Shown piece after piece: positions 48,401 through 62,342 of a stretch of 64,000 nucleotides of DNA; within the stretch, counting starts at the first letter, position 1, and every line of letters starts with the position of its first letter. The translations under genes were made by a program, and so were the position numbers. The stretch covers positions 1,479,935-1,543,934 of the forward strand of contig CM082588.2 in the NCBI GenBank assembly GCA_040954595.2, in the 5' to 3' direction. The DNA comes from Balanoglossus misakiensis. Taxonomy: Eukaryota > Animalia > Hemichordata. A model generated the notes under the pieces. It was not told where the DNA came from. It ran no database searches and was given only the letters and a program-made list of their open reading frames with translations.

Positions 48401-51400
48401 ACAAACAGTAAGGGGGCTACCAAAGAGCCAGTTCACAAGACATTAATCGCCATCCCGGCTCGTAACATGACCGTCTTGCCAGTCAAAGGATGAAACGATA
48501 GGTTTTAATGACCCAGCTTAATTGGAATCTCGTTTTAGCTGGTACTCTAAAGTCCGTCCTCAGTGCCTACTGCCGACCCAAGTTGACAATGATCTATCGA
48601 CCGTGACTAATCTATAACCCTGTCAGAAAAGAAGCCGCATTTATTTCTATGGTACTCGCGACGCCAATGTCTTGTATGCGAACATCACTTCCTCAATAAA
48701 AAAACTTAAAGTTCATGCCTACCTACTTATGTCTATTTTGATGTGTTACTCAATAGTGTCCATAGAGTTTAACATGCAACTATATATATATTTTTTTAAA
48801 ACCCTAAGGTTGTATTTCAAGAAACACTTGGGGGGAAATGCATTCTTTTGATTGAATTGAAGCATGGCTCGAAATATTTCCAGATGTACCGAGTATGCAA
48901 GTGTATGTGAATGTTATGTACCCCAGTATGACAAAATGTAACGTGTGTTTATTGTACGGACTGTTAGCGAGCTCAAAGATGCTGTCAGTGATTCATCAAA
49001 CAACATGCAATAAAATGTCATTCGTGATAAGCTGACATTAAATGACCTTTAAGTTCGATTGCAAGTTGTCAAGACATGAAGTGAACGTCGAGTCTCGGAA
49101 ATCCATCTTCCAAATCCGAGCTAGTCTCGCAACAGTTGAAGAAGTCGTAGCACCTGATTGTCAGATTAAAGTGGGTTGCCTTTCCAATGAATTGTTGTCA
49201 GCATCGCGCGCACTGTATTCAACCAGACCGTTTATGAGATTTTTTTAAATGACTGTGGCTTGTCAGGATAGTGATCGACATTTAGTATTGACTCAGATAG
49301 AAATGCCAAACTTTGTTTTAATGGAGTTCCGTAGGAACAATATTTTTTTGGACATTCATGTTCCTTGAGGGAATTTCCCATTCTGTGGACACAGGCAGTT
49401 TCTGTTTTTTCCTTCAGCCCTGATACAATGGCACCTGATTGACTTTGAATCCCGTTCATTAGGAGAAAGCATACACAAAGAAATTAGTAGTTCCAGATTT
49501 TGCAAGACTCTAATTTGGACAGAATTGTTGCATGGCTCCCATGTATACTACCCAGCATTGCACCGGTAAAAGACTTTATGGATAAAATGCCCAAAATATC
49601 ATAAAAATATCACTTGTGTATCCCAAAACTATATTATTGTCCTTGAGCTGATCCTGTTTTGAAACAATGCTTGGACATCAAGAAGGTCCGACCAGGATAA
49701 TCTGACTTTCACGACACCTAAAGCTTAGATGTCATAAACATTTCTCTGGGTGACATTGAACAATTTCAAGTTTATTCATATGTTCATGAATCACCACTAA
49801 ATCAAGAGATTTTGTTGTATAAATGCAGCCGTACTTGACAATACCGTCAAATATCTGCACCTTATATCTTGAAGCAATGGTCGATTTTCAACAAAAATCA
49901 GCAGACAATTGTGTATGATTGTGAGGCAACATTTAAATTAGCCACATTTTGAGATGTTCCTCTCTCTGGTCTAGCTTGATAATTTACAATTCTGATACCC
50001 AAATGATGATGTCTTGCAGTATAGTTTAGTAGGAGATTGTCCTATTTATCACGGCCTTGTGCCTGTAGTTGTCTACTTACATGCATGCTAAAGATTTAGT
50101 AATATTGAGTAAGGAACTTAAAAGGAACTATATATCATTGCTTGGTATATTGAGTCCATTCATTCTCTGGTTGGAAAACACCATACGTCTGCATGCAAAA
50201 TAATCAGAACAGTAAAACCATGCAAATGCTATGGCCTGAGTAAAGACTTATCGTCAGTGTTTGCGTACGAGACATGACATTCAAAAGTGAATTATGCAAC
50301 ACTATAGGAAACACAGATAGTAGTGCAAGCTATAAAATGTTTAAAATGGCTGGAAGAATAGTTAACGGTGTTGATTCGTGGCGATGTGTTGTGATTATCT
50401 CTGGGACAGTTGGTTGCGGGTCAGTGCATCGGATGAGTAAAGCGCAGACAGCGAGCGTCAGGAATTCGCCTCTGACAATATACCGCATTATGGATGCGTT
50501 CGATTATTCCCCTTCACGGCGCCCGCGGGTGACTCTACACAACTCGGATTCCACTCAATTATCGTGTGACGTCATTATTGGGCTACCCCCCGGGAAGGTA
50601 TTACTGTCCTTGCCCCATACTTCTCGAGATATCGTACATCGCAATTTGTTAAATTTTTAATGGCAGTACATAAATTACCCTACAAGCTTTTTAGAATGAT
50701 ATGTGTTTTAACAATATTACGGAACTTTGCTGTTGTGACAGTCAGTTTCTGTAAATGTTATTTGCAATTCTTTTGGCATTTTGAGACCTCTTGGGTGGTA
50801 CGCAGCTGTCAACTTTGACCTTTCTTGTTTGAAATCTTGCCGATCCTAATGCAAAGTTGCGTTCTGGGAAACGTAAATTTGCATGAAGATCGCGTTCGAC
50901 TTGATGCAAAAGACATTGAATTGGGGGCAGACGAGAGTCGTGTCAACATGAATGTCAGGAAGGAAGGTTATAGCTTGCTCATGTGGAAGGCCAATTATAC
51001 GTTGTGTCTGACAAGGGGCTCTGGGCAACATCTAAAGGGACAACACGTGCATCACGTGTCTCCAGATTATACCACCCTCATATACTTTCAACTCAGACAG
51101 AATCTCCAATGTATTCTTCCAAAGTACGCATAAGCCTCGCCTTCGAGGAGAAGACTACCTTTACATACATTGCCTCTGTAAAGTATAATTGCTTGCTAAA
51201 AAGTGACTTTTGGTATTATAAAGAAAGTGTTTTGTATCAATGTTTCCAACCTTTTGTAAGGACGCATGCAATTTTAGAGTAGGCCATGTGATGTTTCTGC
51301 TAAAAACTTTCAGTCAGATTAATGTCTTAACTTAGGCTTTAGGAAATACGGATTTTTGATCGATAGAGCTGCAGTGTTCAGTTTGACAAAATATTTGATT

Positions 51401-54400
51401 ACACTCAAAATAACTTGTTGCACTTTACTGGAAGGTAGGTAACAGCTGCTCGCAGAAAGAAATACTCTGGTTTTATATGAATCATTCTGGGAGGAAAAAA
51501 ACACCCCTCTGCTCCCCCTCCAAATAAAACAACTTTTACCTGCACGTTCTAAATATACTATAATATCTGTTTGCATTCTACCAAGCAATTATGAAATGGC
51601 TTTGAGCACTGCAGTGGTGACCTCAAATTCAGAAATACACTAAAAAGAGCATGATATATCACTTTAAAGGTGATGCGATCTGACGACCTTTGGTTAACAT
51701 ACACGGGTCTACTCTTACTGGGGTCACTAGGTCGCGCTTGTGAACATGGTTTCCGGTAACCGATCGCCGCCAGCGAACGTACGGTCTTCTTTGATTTCAA
51801 TATTTCATAACATTTTAGGAATTGGGGATATTTTTCTCTGCAATGTGCATGTATCATGTAGCCTGTATTCCGGATATTACTGATTGGAGTTTATTCCTGA
51901 CCACGACACCTGATTCCGCTTAATGTAAACTTTTTACGTGCATTGCATAAAACATGTACCCCACCTGCCATTATCAACAAGCAGAAAAACTATTGCTTTT
52001 TGTGGACAATGAGGATACTACTTTAACATATATATAATTTTTCTTTCCTGCTGGAATTTTCCTTTGTCTTGAAGTATGCATTATATGGAATGTACAGATA
52101 CTAATCTGCATCTCGTATGCGATAGAGTGAGACGCAATATGGAAAATCGATACTAAATGTGAATGTAACGTTAATCCATTTGCATCAGTAGAAGGAGAAC
52201 CTTATATCATGTTACCAAACAAAACACCATATCGCGTGTGTGTGTGAGTGTCGGTATGGAAGGCGCGAGTCTGACCTGCCTGTACCCAGACACGATTACC
52301 GATCAATGCTTAATACTTTGGTTAAAAGATTATAGTGCAGCACCATCTGTCGAGATAAAAACGTGAGGTGATACTCGACTAGTGTAGTATATATTGCATT
52401 TCGCAGAATAAATGATTTCCGTGAGCTCTTCACATGCCAAGGGTGAATATTATTGACAGTTTAGAATATCGTTCCTGGTGTCGTAACTCACTACGCGGCT
52501 TCGTGCAGTTTCGGGGTGCGCCCTCTTTGGTGTACATTATGGACCGTTGTCTAATTTGTCAGCTATTTTCTACATAAATGATATCCCTTTCGTTGAAAGG
52601 ATGTAAGCTTGGTATTTAAGCCAATTTTGTAAACTGAGAATGGAAATTGGCAAAGAATGTACGCTATGAATGAGTCAAAATTGTCCACTAAATGACGAAA
52701 CAAAAATTATTTTTTGGAGCGAATCAGAAATGCAATCTTAGAAATAATTAGTTTAAATCATTTCACGACAGGACTGAGTCCCTTTCATGTGTTTAGATGG
52801 ACTAAGTAAGACATTTATAAGTAATGAGGCCTAACTAAGTAACGTGAGCTGTGTTGTGCCTATCGTCATGTGACAGTGTTACAGATATCAAAAATACCAG
52901 CTCTAAGCTAACGTCAATCCTTTTTTGAAGCAATAAAATGTAGAAATAATGAGCACTTGGTTCAGATATTTGCAAAAGAAATGGGCAAGCTGAAATTGAC
53001 CACTAAATATCAAACGATCCAGTTAACTGACAACTGTTAGTTTGTTTCAATACCCGTATAGCTAAAAGGTTTGCCAATTAACTCGCCTTGTTGTATTGAT
53101 GGCTAGGATCGTGTCTAACTCGCATTTCAATTCTCTGTGTAGCGTTTCAATGGAGCACGTTTCACATTCCTTTCTCCAGGCCCTCAACGCAAATTAGTTG
53201 CGCGAGTTGCCGGCATCCATTTGAATCAACGGAGAGCTCTGTTTCAATTGGGGATCTGACAAACTACAAGGATACATGTTCAGAGTCTGTTGTATGTGTA
53301 ATCAAATGTTTATTGGACCAAATTGAGTTAAACAGTCAGCGAATACATGGCCAAACCCTTAAAAACTATCCCTTCCGCTGTATGCAAACTGACGTTTTAC
53401 CTTTCTATCTCTTCATCTCCTGCATTTGCATCGCATCAACCTTCTTGCAGTTTAGACGTTTTACATCACATAGAATGATGACCGCAAATTCAAAAGACGA
53501 GCAGGGTCTCTGCAAGGCATCTTGCAGCTTAATTTCGAGCTGCCTGGGTAACACGAAACGAGGTGTTTTTATGACGCATTAAATTTCGTGCAATCAAAAG
53601 GAGTCGTAAAGTCTTCCTATTGGCAAGACCGTGACTGTCTTGTTCGATATACAAACGTTTCAGGATTCCATATTTGCGGTTAAGAAGACGGTGTCCCAGT
53701 GGATTCTGTTTAAGTCTAAAGTAGATTTCACCAGATGGTGTCTCATAAAGCAAAACATGAACGCGCGTGAACCTTGTTGCTATGGCGTCCACACTATAGG
53801 GGGGTCAACAGAGGTAGAGTTTTCGTGCAAACTTCGTTATAGCTTTTTGATGAAACACGCTTTTCTTTTCCCCCTGTGTGATCTCCAAACATCTGTACTC
53901 GTTACAGGTCTTGAGTCAACAGGGTTGCCAAACATGGAATGCTCGTGCAGAATGTCTGCAAATAAAAAGGTTTTGTTCAGGGAAAAGACGGCCGGGTCAG
54001 TTGGGAATTCAATTTTCCTCGTCAGAGAAGCATGAGCTACATGTAGCTGTCTAGACTTTGTATAAGATAATAATAAGCAGCAGTAATTTAAGCAAATTCC
54101 TGCATAGGTGCAGTTCTTGATTATGTGAAGAACTATCTTGTCTCGTTCATTGAAATCTCATGTATTACCACATGTACATTCATTGGCAAAAAATACATGT
54201 ACGCAATTTAAAAGAGTTGTATATTCGCTGTCACACTAACCCACGTGCCCTCTCGTAGTGTTAATGTTCGCGCGCTGCTTCCAAACATTCATAAAACTTT
54301 ATTCTCAAGGTTAATGAATCACTGATGCGTTTAAGACGCAATAAAATTCTCATTTTCACCCCTAAGTGTTGCTTTTCGATGGAACGATACTATAAAGGGT

Positions 54401-54547
54401 AACCTAGTGTCTTTTAATGACGCATTTCCAATTTATACCGTCACACAATTGCTTATTCATCGACAACAGATGAACCCCCTAACAAGACAAATCATTAGGC
54501 AGGTCCATTAAATGTGTGATCCTGAGGAAACTAACGACTCACACTAA

Positions 54548-55341
54548 GGCTGCATTCACAAACACCTCTGGAGGGGGGGGCGGGAGAATTCAATTTTTTT
54601 TACCGCTAATTTTCACATGCCCCCCTTCCGAACTGCCAATATTTTCAAATCCCCCCCTTCCGAACTGCCAAAATTTTGAAATCCCCCCCCCATTGTCTTT
54701 CACAGAGCAAAACACATCACCTATCTATCTTGTAAAAAGAAAAACAGCGCTCCCATGAAAAGAATTTGAAACTGATGTTTCCCCTCATCAGTGGGTATTA
54801 AAACTGAACATTGTTTTTATTTTATAAGTACATATATTTGTATTCTGTGTTGGGAGACTTTGTAAACCGAGAATTGAAGGGGGTGGGTTTGGGAGGGGGT
54901 GTCCCCCTCCCACGTAAGAAAATTTTCTAAAATACAGAGCTCAAAGCTGCATTTTAATGAACCCGGCAAAAGCAAATTAACTCAACTACCGGTATGTTGG
55001 GGAGGACAAATTTAACCGTCGGCGCTCAAAGTTATCATGGGGTGGGGCAAGTCCCCTGACCTGGGACACTAGATAAACCAGTCAATGATTGAAAGGTGTT
55101 GATGAATGGAGGGGGTGGGTGTGGGTGTCCCCCTCCCACATGAGAAAATTTTGTAAAATAAAGGGCGCGAAACTGCATTTTTGTGGACTCAAAATAAATA
55201 TTTAGTCGTTAAAGTTTTCAAGTCCCCCCCTTTCAGTCCCTAAATTATTTCAAATCCCCCCCCTCACATACCCTCAATTTTTTCAAATCCCCCCCCTCAA
55301 TTCTCCTGCCCCCCCCTCCAGAGGTGTTTGTGAATGCAGCC
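54548..55341. mobile_element. PIF/Harbinger-type MITE, 794 bp
   Basis: TAA|GGCTGCATTCACAAACACCTCTGGAGGGGGGG ... CCCCCCCTCCAGAGGTGTTTGTGAATGCAGCC|TAA: about 40-bp TIRs and a 3-bp TAA TSD. Subterminal TTTCAAATCCCCCCC repeats and two internal GGGGGTGGG...GTGTCCCCCTCCCAC copies. Confidence 0.9.
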
Positions 55342-57361
55342 TAAGTACAAATTTTATGAGATGTCTACCTTCTGAAATTGACTGTGCATGTTTCTGAATG
55401 GCTGAATGTTCGCAACCATCATATAATATTTTTGGCGCCAAAATAGGAAGCATGCAGTCACAATCTAAAGACGAATGTCATTAATGCCATCAGTGATTAT
55501 TTGTCTAGGAGATACCTTGTATTTATCTACCGGCTTTTGACATTTCTACCATCCCATGTAATTCTAATCTTGACTTATGAGTTTGCAGGGAGAGGTGTAC
55601 GTGTCTCTCGACTTGCAAACATCACTGCATGAAGTACACTGCATAAGCTGTCTCTGTGTTGATGGAAAACCGCCAGTCATCATCGGTTGTGTACAAATTA
55701 AGCCATAGTAACAACAGTAACATACCGCTATATTATTGAAAATGTAACTTTATTTGCCCAGGAGATGAAATTATGAATATACAAATCTCAAGAACAAATG
55801 ACAATCTTCAAACATTCCGTACTTTCATATCATATCCAATTGTATCTCACACATTGTCTTCTTTAAACTCCTGCAGCAGCCGGGTTACGAAAACTCGCAA
55901 ATCTTGTCACAAGGCCTTAAATTTTTCACAGCATTATCACCAGTCGGCAGGCAGACATCCGCCGATTTGCACAGAAGAGTAATCAAGTAATTTTAATCCT
56001 CAAAATTATTCCTTGCGGTATTCACCTTATTTGTTCCATCGGCTTTTTGAATAGTGCAAGAATATTCGTCACGTTTACAGGCGACACAATCTGAGCATCA
56101 GAGCCCCGATTAGAGGCATTATCTTCTGTTCTCGCTGGGTTAATGGCAAAGGTGAGCTGTTAATCATCCAGTCATTTGGAAATAGATTATAATGACTCAA
56201 AAAATTGCACTGTAATATGGCCACCGCTCACCCTAATTATGCAACCTGAGACATTATTTCGCTTATGAATGGAAGAAAAATTAGGTAGCATATGATCCTT
56301 GTGACAAGGAATCACTCTTCATAAAGTAAATATGAGCATAGCATTCGCGTTGCATTATTTCATGTATTATCTCCGCGCCCTCGGCAAGGTTTGTTACCTG
56401 GTAGCTATATATACATGTAAGACGAGGCAAAATCGATTTGTGTTGTCTTCTGTCTCTTTTCAGGCTCATTGAAGTCTCCCTTTTCAAAATTTGATGGATT
56501 TGGGCTGTATAGATTCTGTCTTTTAGGGTAAAAGAAATTGTACACACTAGAGTTAAATATAGGGACTCAGCATGTCTGAATGTTATTTATTTTTTCACGT
56601 TGTAAACATACAGTAGCATGGACCTTGGGCCAAAAGTTTATTGTACGAATGAAAAGTGATTAGGATACTGTCTGGCCCATTTTCGTAACTTTGTTTTACC
56701 AACATTAATACATGCATCGCCTAAATGTCATGAAATTAAAATAATTTAAAATCTCATCATGTTGCAATTGACTTAATATGTCCTTTTCATATTTCGAGAT
56801 TGAGAGCGCATGGCTGGTTTCACTTATTTTTGAAAACTCATGAAGTACGAACAAAACAGCATAGAAGTCGTCACTCTGTGCATATTGTCTGAGCAAACAA
56901 CAAATTCGTAAAATCCTGGTTTAAATGCAAGATTACATGTGCAGCGATATTTGCGCCCTCTATCCTACAAACGAAAGAACTGAAATGAAACATTATTGAA
57001 AAGGCCAGTGACTACCAGCTGGCGCACCGCACTCAGAGTCAGTTTGAGAGTGATCGATTAGGTGCCAGGAATATATGCAGCGAGGACAGGCGTTTCTTTG
57101 TTCATCATTGTTTTGATGATTTTGTAAAGGATGATGTTGCCACACATCTGTTACTCCGCTTAGATGTTTAATTTTGGAATCTCTATTCATATATGAGTGT
57201 CAGCTGCATAGACAAAAACTGGCTGCATGGTTACAAGCCTGTGTGCATACGCCCATGCATGCTCACCTGAGTGGCCATTTTGCAAGTATCTTTTAACTCT
57301 GCTTGTGCTAAGCAACATATAAAAATGCATTTCTAGTGATTCTGATAATTAGCACCAAATC

Positions 57362-57367
57362 TTTATT
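57362..57367 (-). terminator. Candidate polyadenylation signal for GAL3ST copy A
   Basis: AATAAA on the minus strand about 175 nt after the stop codon. The context is AT-rich, so support is weak. Confidence 0.3.
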
Positions 57368-57542
57368 TAAATAAATCAATAAAATTTAAAAGTATTGTTT
57401 GCATACTTCACCAAAGTAGTGAGCGACATGTAGTCATTTTGAATGCTCCATAGTTGTATCATTTTTTAAAACTAATTTTATCCAATTCCACCTTTACTTT
57501 AACTAAGTTACATGCTTTTAACAGTTTAAGTTACTTTCTAAA

Positions 57543-59436
57543 TTAACATGACCAATTTTGGGAATTTTTCTTTAAAATCATCTCAGCTAGTTGATGTGTA
57601 TCCTTTGCTAAATCCTTGCACTCTTGGGAGTGAGAACCCTTCACAGTTTCACATCGTTCGTAAGTAGCTTTCTTCAGATCTCGGAATATAGCCAAGTCTT
57701 CGTTGAAATCGCCATCGTAATTTCGTATCTTTTGCCACAGTGTGTTGTTGAAATATTCGTACAGTCTGATATCATGACGAGCAAGCTGACCGATTTGTGT
57801 AATCATATCAGGCGTGGTCGGAGGTTGGGTTGTGTTGTGGACTTTGAGAGGGTAGTACATTATGTCTTCAAACTCCCAGCACATCATCTTTTTTAGCAGT
57901 ATCAAAGACTCATCATAGTATTCCATCAACAAAACAAGGTCTAATTCTTTGTTCAGTCTCTCTAAATGTTCACTAACAATTTCGTGGTCATCTTCAAGTG
58001 GAACACCAAACCTTTTACAAAAAGCATTAGCTACTGAAGGAAAACTGTGATCAACGCTGTGTTTCTTGTATTGATGATTAACATATTCTTGGAATGGATT
58101 AGAAGTGCTTGGAAAATCCTCAGAACGCCCAGAGTAGTAAAACCCGGACTTCCAGTGCGTGTATGGCGACCTGAGAATGGTGAAATACTTGGCGTTTTTG
58201 ACTACTGCTTCCATGGCTGGACGGTTGTACTGGATGTGACTGGCAATGAAGTTGTAGCCCGTAAATTTAGGGCAGTTGTATTCCTGTATAAGAAGATTTC
58301 CGTTGTCATCTGCACTTAGAAACGGATCGTTGTCTGGATCAAGAGCCGCAACTAAGTCGTTCTTGAGACCATATCTGAATAAGAGGCTAGACAAGGTGCT
58401 ACCGCCAGTCTTCCCTGTTTTGATGAACACAAAATTCTTCTGTTGTTGGCACTTTTCTGTGGTGTCGACTTTTATTGTACTGGTAGTGGTGAAACTGGAA
58501 CTGTCTCTGATCAAGTCTACTGAACTGTCAAATTTTTGGGGTGGAGAGGTAGCCAGTTTCCTGTGGTTGAGGAAAAGTTTCCATATCAAAGGTTTGTAGA
58601 TGAAAGGATAGCAGATAACAGCTAGTAACTGGCAAAAACTAGGTTTCTGTGTTAACACATTTAAATTCATCAAATTGTATGATTTTTTCAACTCATTGAA
58701 ATAGTCTTATGAATTATCAATAAAATTCTAGAGGAGTGTGCACCCTCACAACAATTCTGCATCAACAGTAAACCGTTGGCTGTGTTTTTAGAATTGTTCA
58801 TGCTAATAAAAGAGAATTGTATGCAGAGACTTGTAAATGTACACTTACAAATCTCTCGGGTCTTGAAGCCTGACATAAACTGATGTTGAAAGTGAGATGA
58901 TGATGATGCCACACGTGCACAGAAGGGAGATGAGTATGAACAGCACAATGAAACGTGGCCCTTTACCAACAGTGCCTGCAATTGGATAAAAATGGAGAAA
59001 TACTAATTCAAATTTCATTCAGAACACCGTAACAAGGGCATATACTGAATCACCTTATCCAATTCATGAGCGCCATTTAAATTCTGAAGCAGTTATCATG
59101 TTTAAAGTTCTAAGTATTACATTGTACACTACCGGTACAACAACTTTCAGTGCCATCAAAGGGGAAATTAATTCCAGTTTACAAATTATCTATAAGTATT
59201 AAATTTCCACAAATAATTTAAATCAGAACAGGTAGGGTTCTTAAATGTGCTAAGATTAACTCATCCAGAAATATTTTTCAAACCAGAACACGCAGTCAAC
59301 CATACACAGTGCTGAACTCATTATAAACATATTTAGAGAAAGATTTATGTCAGGCAGAAAAACCTTACCCGAAGCTAGTGTAGTTGGAGTCCAGCTACAG
59401 TGGAGCTACTTAGAACTACCGGTACATACCTGTCAT
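57543..59436 (-). CDS. Galactose-3-O-sulfotransferase family (GAL3ST-like) protein, copy A, 3 coding exons, 383 aa
   Basis: Exons are 59436-59430 (ATGACAG|GTATGT), 58975-58849 (type II TM: RFIVLFILISLLCTCGIIIISL) and 58560-57543. 5'-PSB motif NFVFIKTGKTGGSTLSSLLFRYG, YNFIASH, 3'-PB motif YFTILRSP, and LDLVLLMEYYDESLILLKKMMCW / DIRLYEYFNNTLW, all typical of GAL3ST. Confidence 0.9.
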
Positions 59437-60478
59437 TTTGGCTGATCGACTTCTGAACACCACTGCTCTGCCAGTGAAAACAAATCTGGAAAAAATGAGT
59501 GCTGTCTAGGTTTTCTATACTGGTACAAATTATGCGCAGAAGCCTCGGGAATGAGTTAATTCTGGAAATGATAATTTAAATTTATCTGTCTATGATTTAT
59601 AATAAACCATCCACAATTATAACAGCTGGGCTGCGTTGACTTTATATGTAAACACTCATGGCTATTGTCATTACATCACATCGATCTTTCTGAAACCAGC
59701 TTGGTCTATAATTATGCAGAAGTGGATATTAAGATTAATTATCATACATTTCTGTTGTACCAAAGAGGCATATCCAAAGAGTTTAGCTTTTGGCATGGCT
59801 CCAAAGAATATCGTCTCATTTCACGTAAAGGAATACTTTAGTAACTAAGTAAATTTACATTTTATGGAGTGTTTGCCGTCCTGTTGAAATGTCATACTTG
59901 ATGGACTGTCAGTTGCAGGGGGTAAACTGTGGTTCAGCTGATCAGGTGCTACCTATATGCCACATACATGTAACAGGTTGCAAATTTAGCCTGATCAGAA
60001 ATAGTAGCACATTTGACGTGTTGCATATCATCCGTTAGTCACTGGGGATCCTGCTGCCCGCCTCTATTAATCTTTTTAACAAAGATAGGCAGACATATTT
60101 TCTAGTAACTAAAAGTCTAGATGTCACTAAAGCATCTTGCGCCAAGAAACAATCACCTGTATTTGGATTATTCAAGTACAACTCATCCTGTATAACTGGA
60201 AAAGGATACGTTTTCTTATCATTGCAAAATTACACCATCTAAAAGTACGTTGTATACTCAGATGTTGTAGAGCATATAACTAAAGTCATTAATACTGTAA
60301 AGAATTCCTCCTGATGGAAGAGCTCTCTCGCTCGCAGTGTTTTGGGGGCACTGATTTATGTCGTGGTGAAGGCAGCCTCTTTGTTCTGTCAGTTGCATTG
60401 TGCCTCAGCAGTTATTCTGATCAAATAGATTACTCAATAACCAAACACATGTGTGACTCGCGTACAACATGCCTATGG

Positions 60479-60733
60479 ATAATGAGGAAAGTTTTGTGAT
60501 ATTTATATCTTTCCATGAATGCAAAACGATGCAATTAACAATAGGCTTATTGATCATGAGGAAAGATTTACATTAATTATTTAATCAAATCTCTTCAAGA
60601 ATAAACAATTATGCTCATCAATAATGAGGAGAGTTTTGTGATATTTATATATTTCCATGAATGCAAAACTATGCAATTAACAATAGGCTTATTGATCACG
60701 AGGGAAAGATTTACATTATTTTATTTAATCAAA
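60479..60733. repeat. Imperfect direct duplication, about 110 bp x2 (period about 142 bp)
   Basis: ATAATGAGGA.AGTTTTGTGATATTTATAT...AATAGGCTTATTGATCA...TTTAATCAAA occurs at 60479 and 60621. Confidence 0.85.
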
Positions 60734-61056
60734 GCTACTTAAAATTTTGACAGGATGTGTTTTCTGAAAAGTTGCATCTTATTGGGTATATCTCTAGATA
60801 TGATTATTACTATGTACTTACAACAATAAACATACGTACGAGAAAACAATCTAAATAATTGAAATGATAGTTTTTACTCCTATAAAAACAAAGTTTTAGA
60901 TGGCATGTTCACCCTGGTAGCAGTTGATGTACAAATTGTGAAAGTCTGTGTCATACAAACCATTTTTTACGCACAGGTACAAACAACTATTCACTTGTTG
61001 TTTACCGGTATAATTTAAGCAAGTGAAACTAAATTTAAATGAACAGATGAAATGAA

Positions 61057-62342
61057 TTAGCATGACCATTGTTGCGTATTCTTTTTTAAAATAGTGGCTG
61101 CAAGGACATGTGTGTCTGTCAGCAAATATTTGCAATATCTGGAGCTTCTCTGTGTTTGGCAGCGTTCATAGGTAGCTGCTTTCAAGTTTCGAAACTTGGC
61201 TAGGTCTGCTTTGAAATCGCCATCATAATTACGTATTTTTTGCCAGAGTGTGTCATTGAAGTAATTGTAGACTCTGATGTCATGGCGGGCTAACTGACTA
61301 ATTTTTGTGATCATTTCAGGGGTGATGGGAGGTTGGGGGGTTTTGTGGACTTTCATGGGATAATAAAGGATGTCTTCGAAGTCCCAGCACATTGTCTTTT
61401 TCAGCAAGATGAGGGATTCGTCGTAGTATTCCATCAACAATACCAAATCAATTTCACTGTTGATTCTTTCTAAATGGCTGTCCATGATTTCTTTGTTGTC
61501 TTCGAACGGAATACCGAAGCGCTTGCAAAACCCATTGGCTGCAGATGCAATGCCGTGATCCGCTCGACGTCTTTCATAAATCTGGTTGACGTACTTCAGA
61601 AATGGATTTGATGAGTTAGGATATTTCTTGAAATGACCACAGAAATAGAATGCCGACTTCCAGTGCGTGTATGGTGACCGAAGAATTGTTAAGAACTTGG
61701 CATCTTCAACGATTGCCTCCATGGCCGAACGGTCGTATATTGTATGGCTTGCGATGAAGTTGTAGCCTGGAAAATTATGGCAGTTGTATTCTTTTATTAA
61801 CAAATTTCCGTTTTCATCTTCGCTTAGAAAGGCATCATTACCTGGATCCAGTGCCGCGACAAGGTTGTTTTTGAGTCCATATCTGAACAACACGTTAGCT
61901 AGTGTGCTACCCCCGGTCTTGCCAGTTTTTATGAAAATGAAGTTAGTTTGTGGTCGACAGTTTATTTCAGGGGCTGCCTTAACTATTTCTGTAGTATTGA
62001 AACTGGTGTCAGACATGTTTGGTTGTTTAAACTCTCGGGATGAAAAATGCTGTTTTCTGTAAAAAAACAACGTTTACCATATTTAAGCATACAAGTAACT
62101 GAGAATACCAATGGTTTGGGCAGTACCGGTATAAAATACTATCAACAAATCTATACGTGTCAAAGATCTTTTCAAAGCAACCATATATTATAGTGTCATT
62201 TGACTTTATCAATTGAACACTTACACAAATCTCCAGTGTTTAATATCGACAGGTAGCCATGTTAAATAGATGACGCTACATATGCATATGCCGGTGATGA
62301 CGAGGAACATGAGAAGAACACTCGGCATTCTTCTAACAATGC
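61057..62342 (-). CDS. Galactose-3-O-sulfotransferase family (GAL3ST-like) protein, copy B (first exon uncertain)
   Basis: Exons are 62342-62225 (TM: VLLMFLVITGICICSVIYL; phase 1-2) and 62056-61057. It has the same motifs as copy A (FIFIKTGKTGGST, TILRSP, DLVLLMEYYDESL) and the same intron phases. A candidate first exon is 62883-62862 (MMTIGKK-G|GTAAAG); an internal Met in the TM exon is also possible. Confidence 0.88.

Noticed and set aside
42000-54500. Many 60-134 aa ORFs (e.g. 46408, 50274, 53631)
   Set aside because: No recognisable motifs or exon chains, and lengths are as expected by chance, many with non-ATG starts.
58561-58691. N-terminal extension of the 382-aa ORF
   Set aside because: Intronic read-through upstream of the acceptor at 58560. 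The real N-terminus comes from exons 59436-59430 and 58975-58849.
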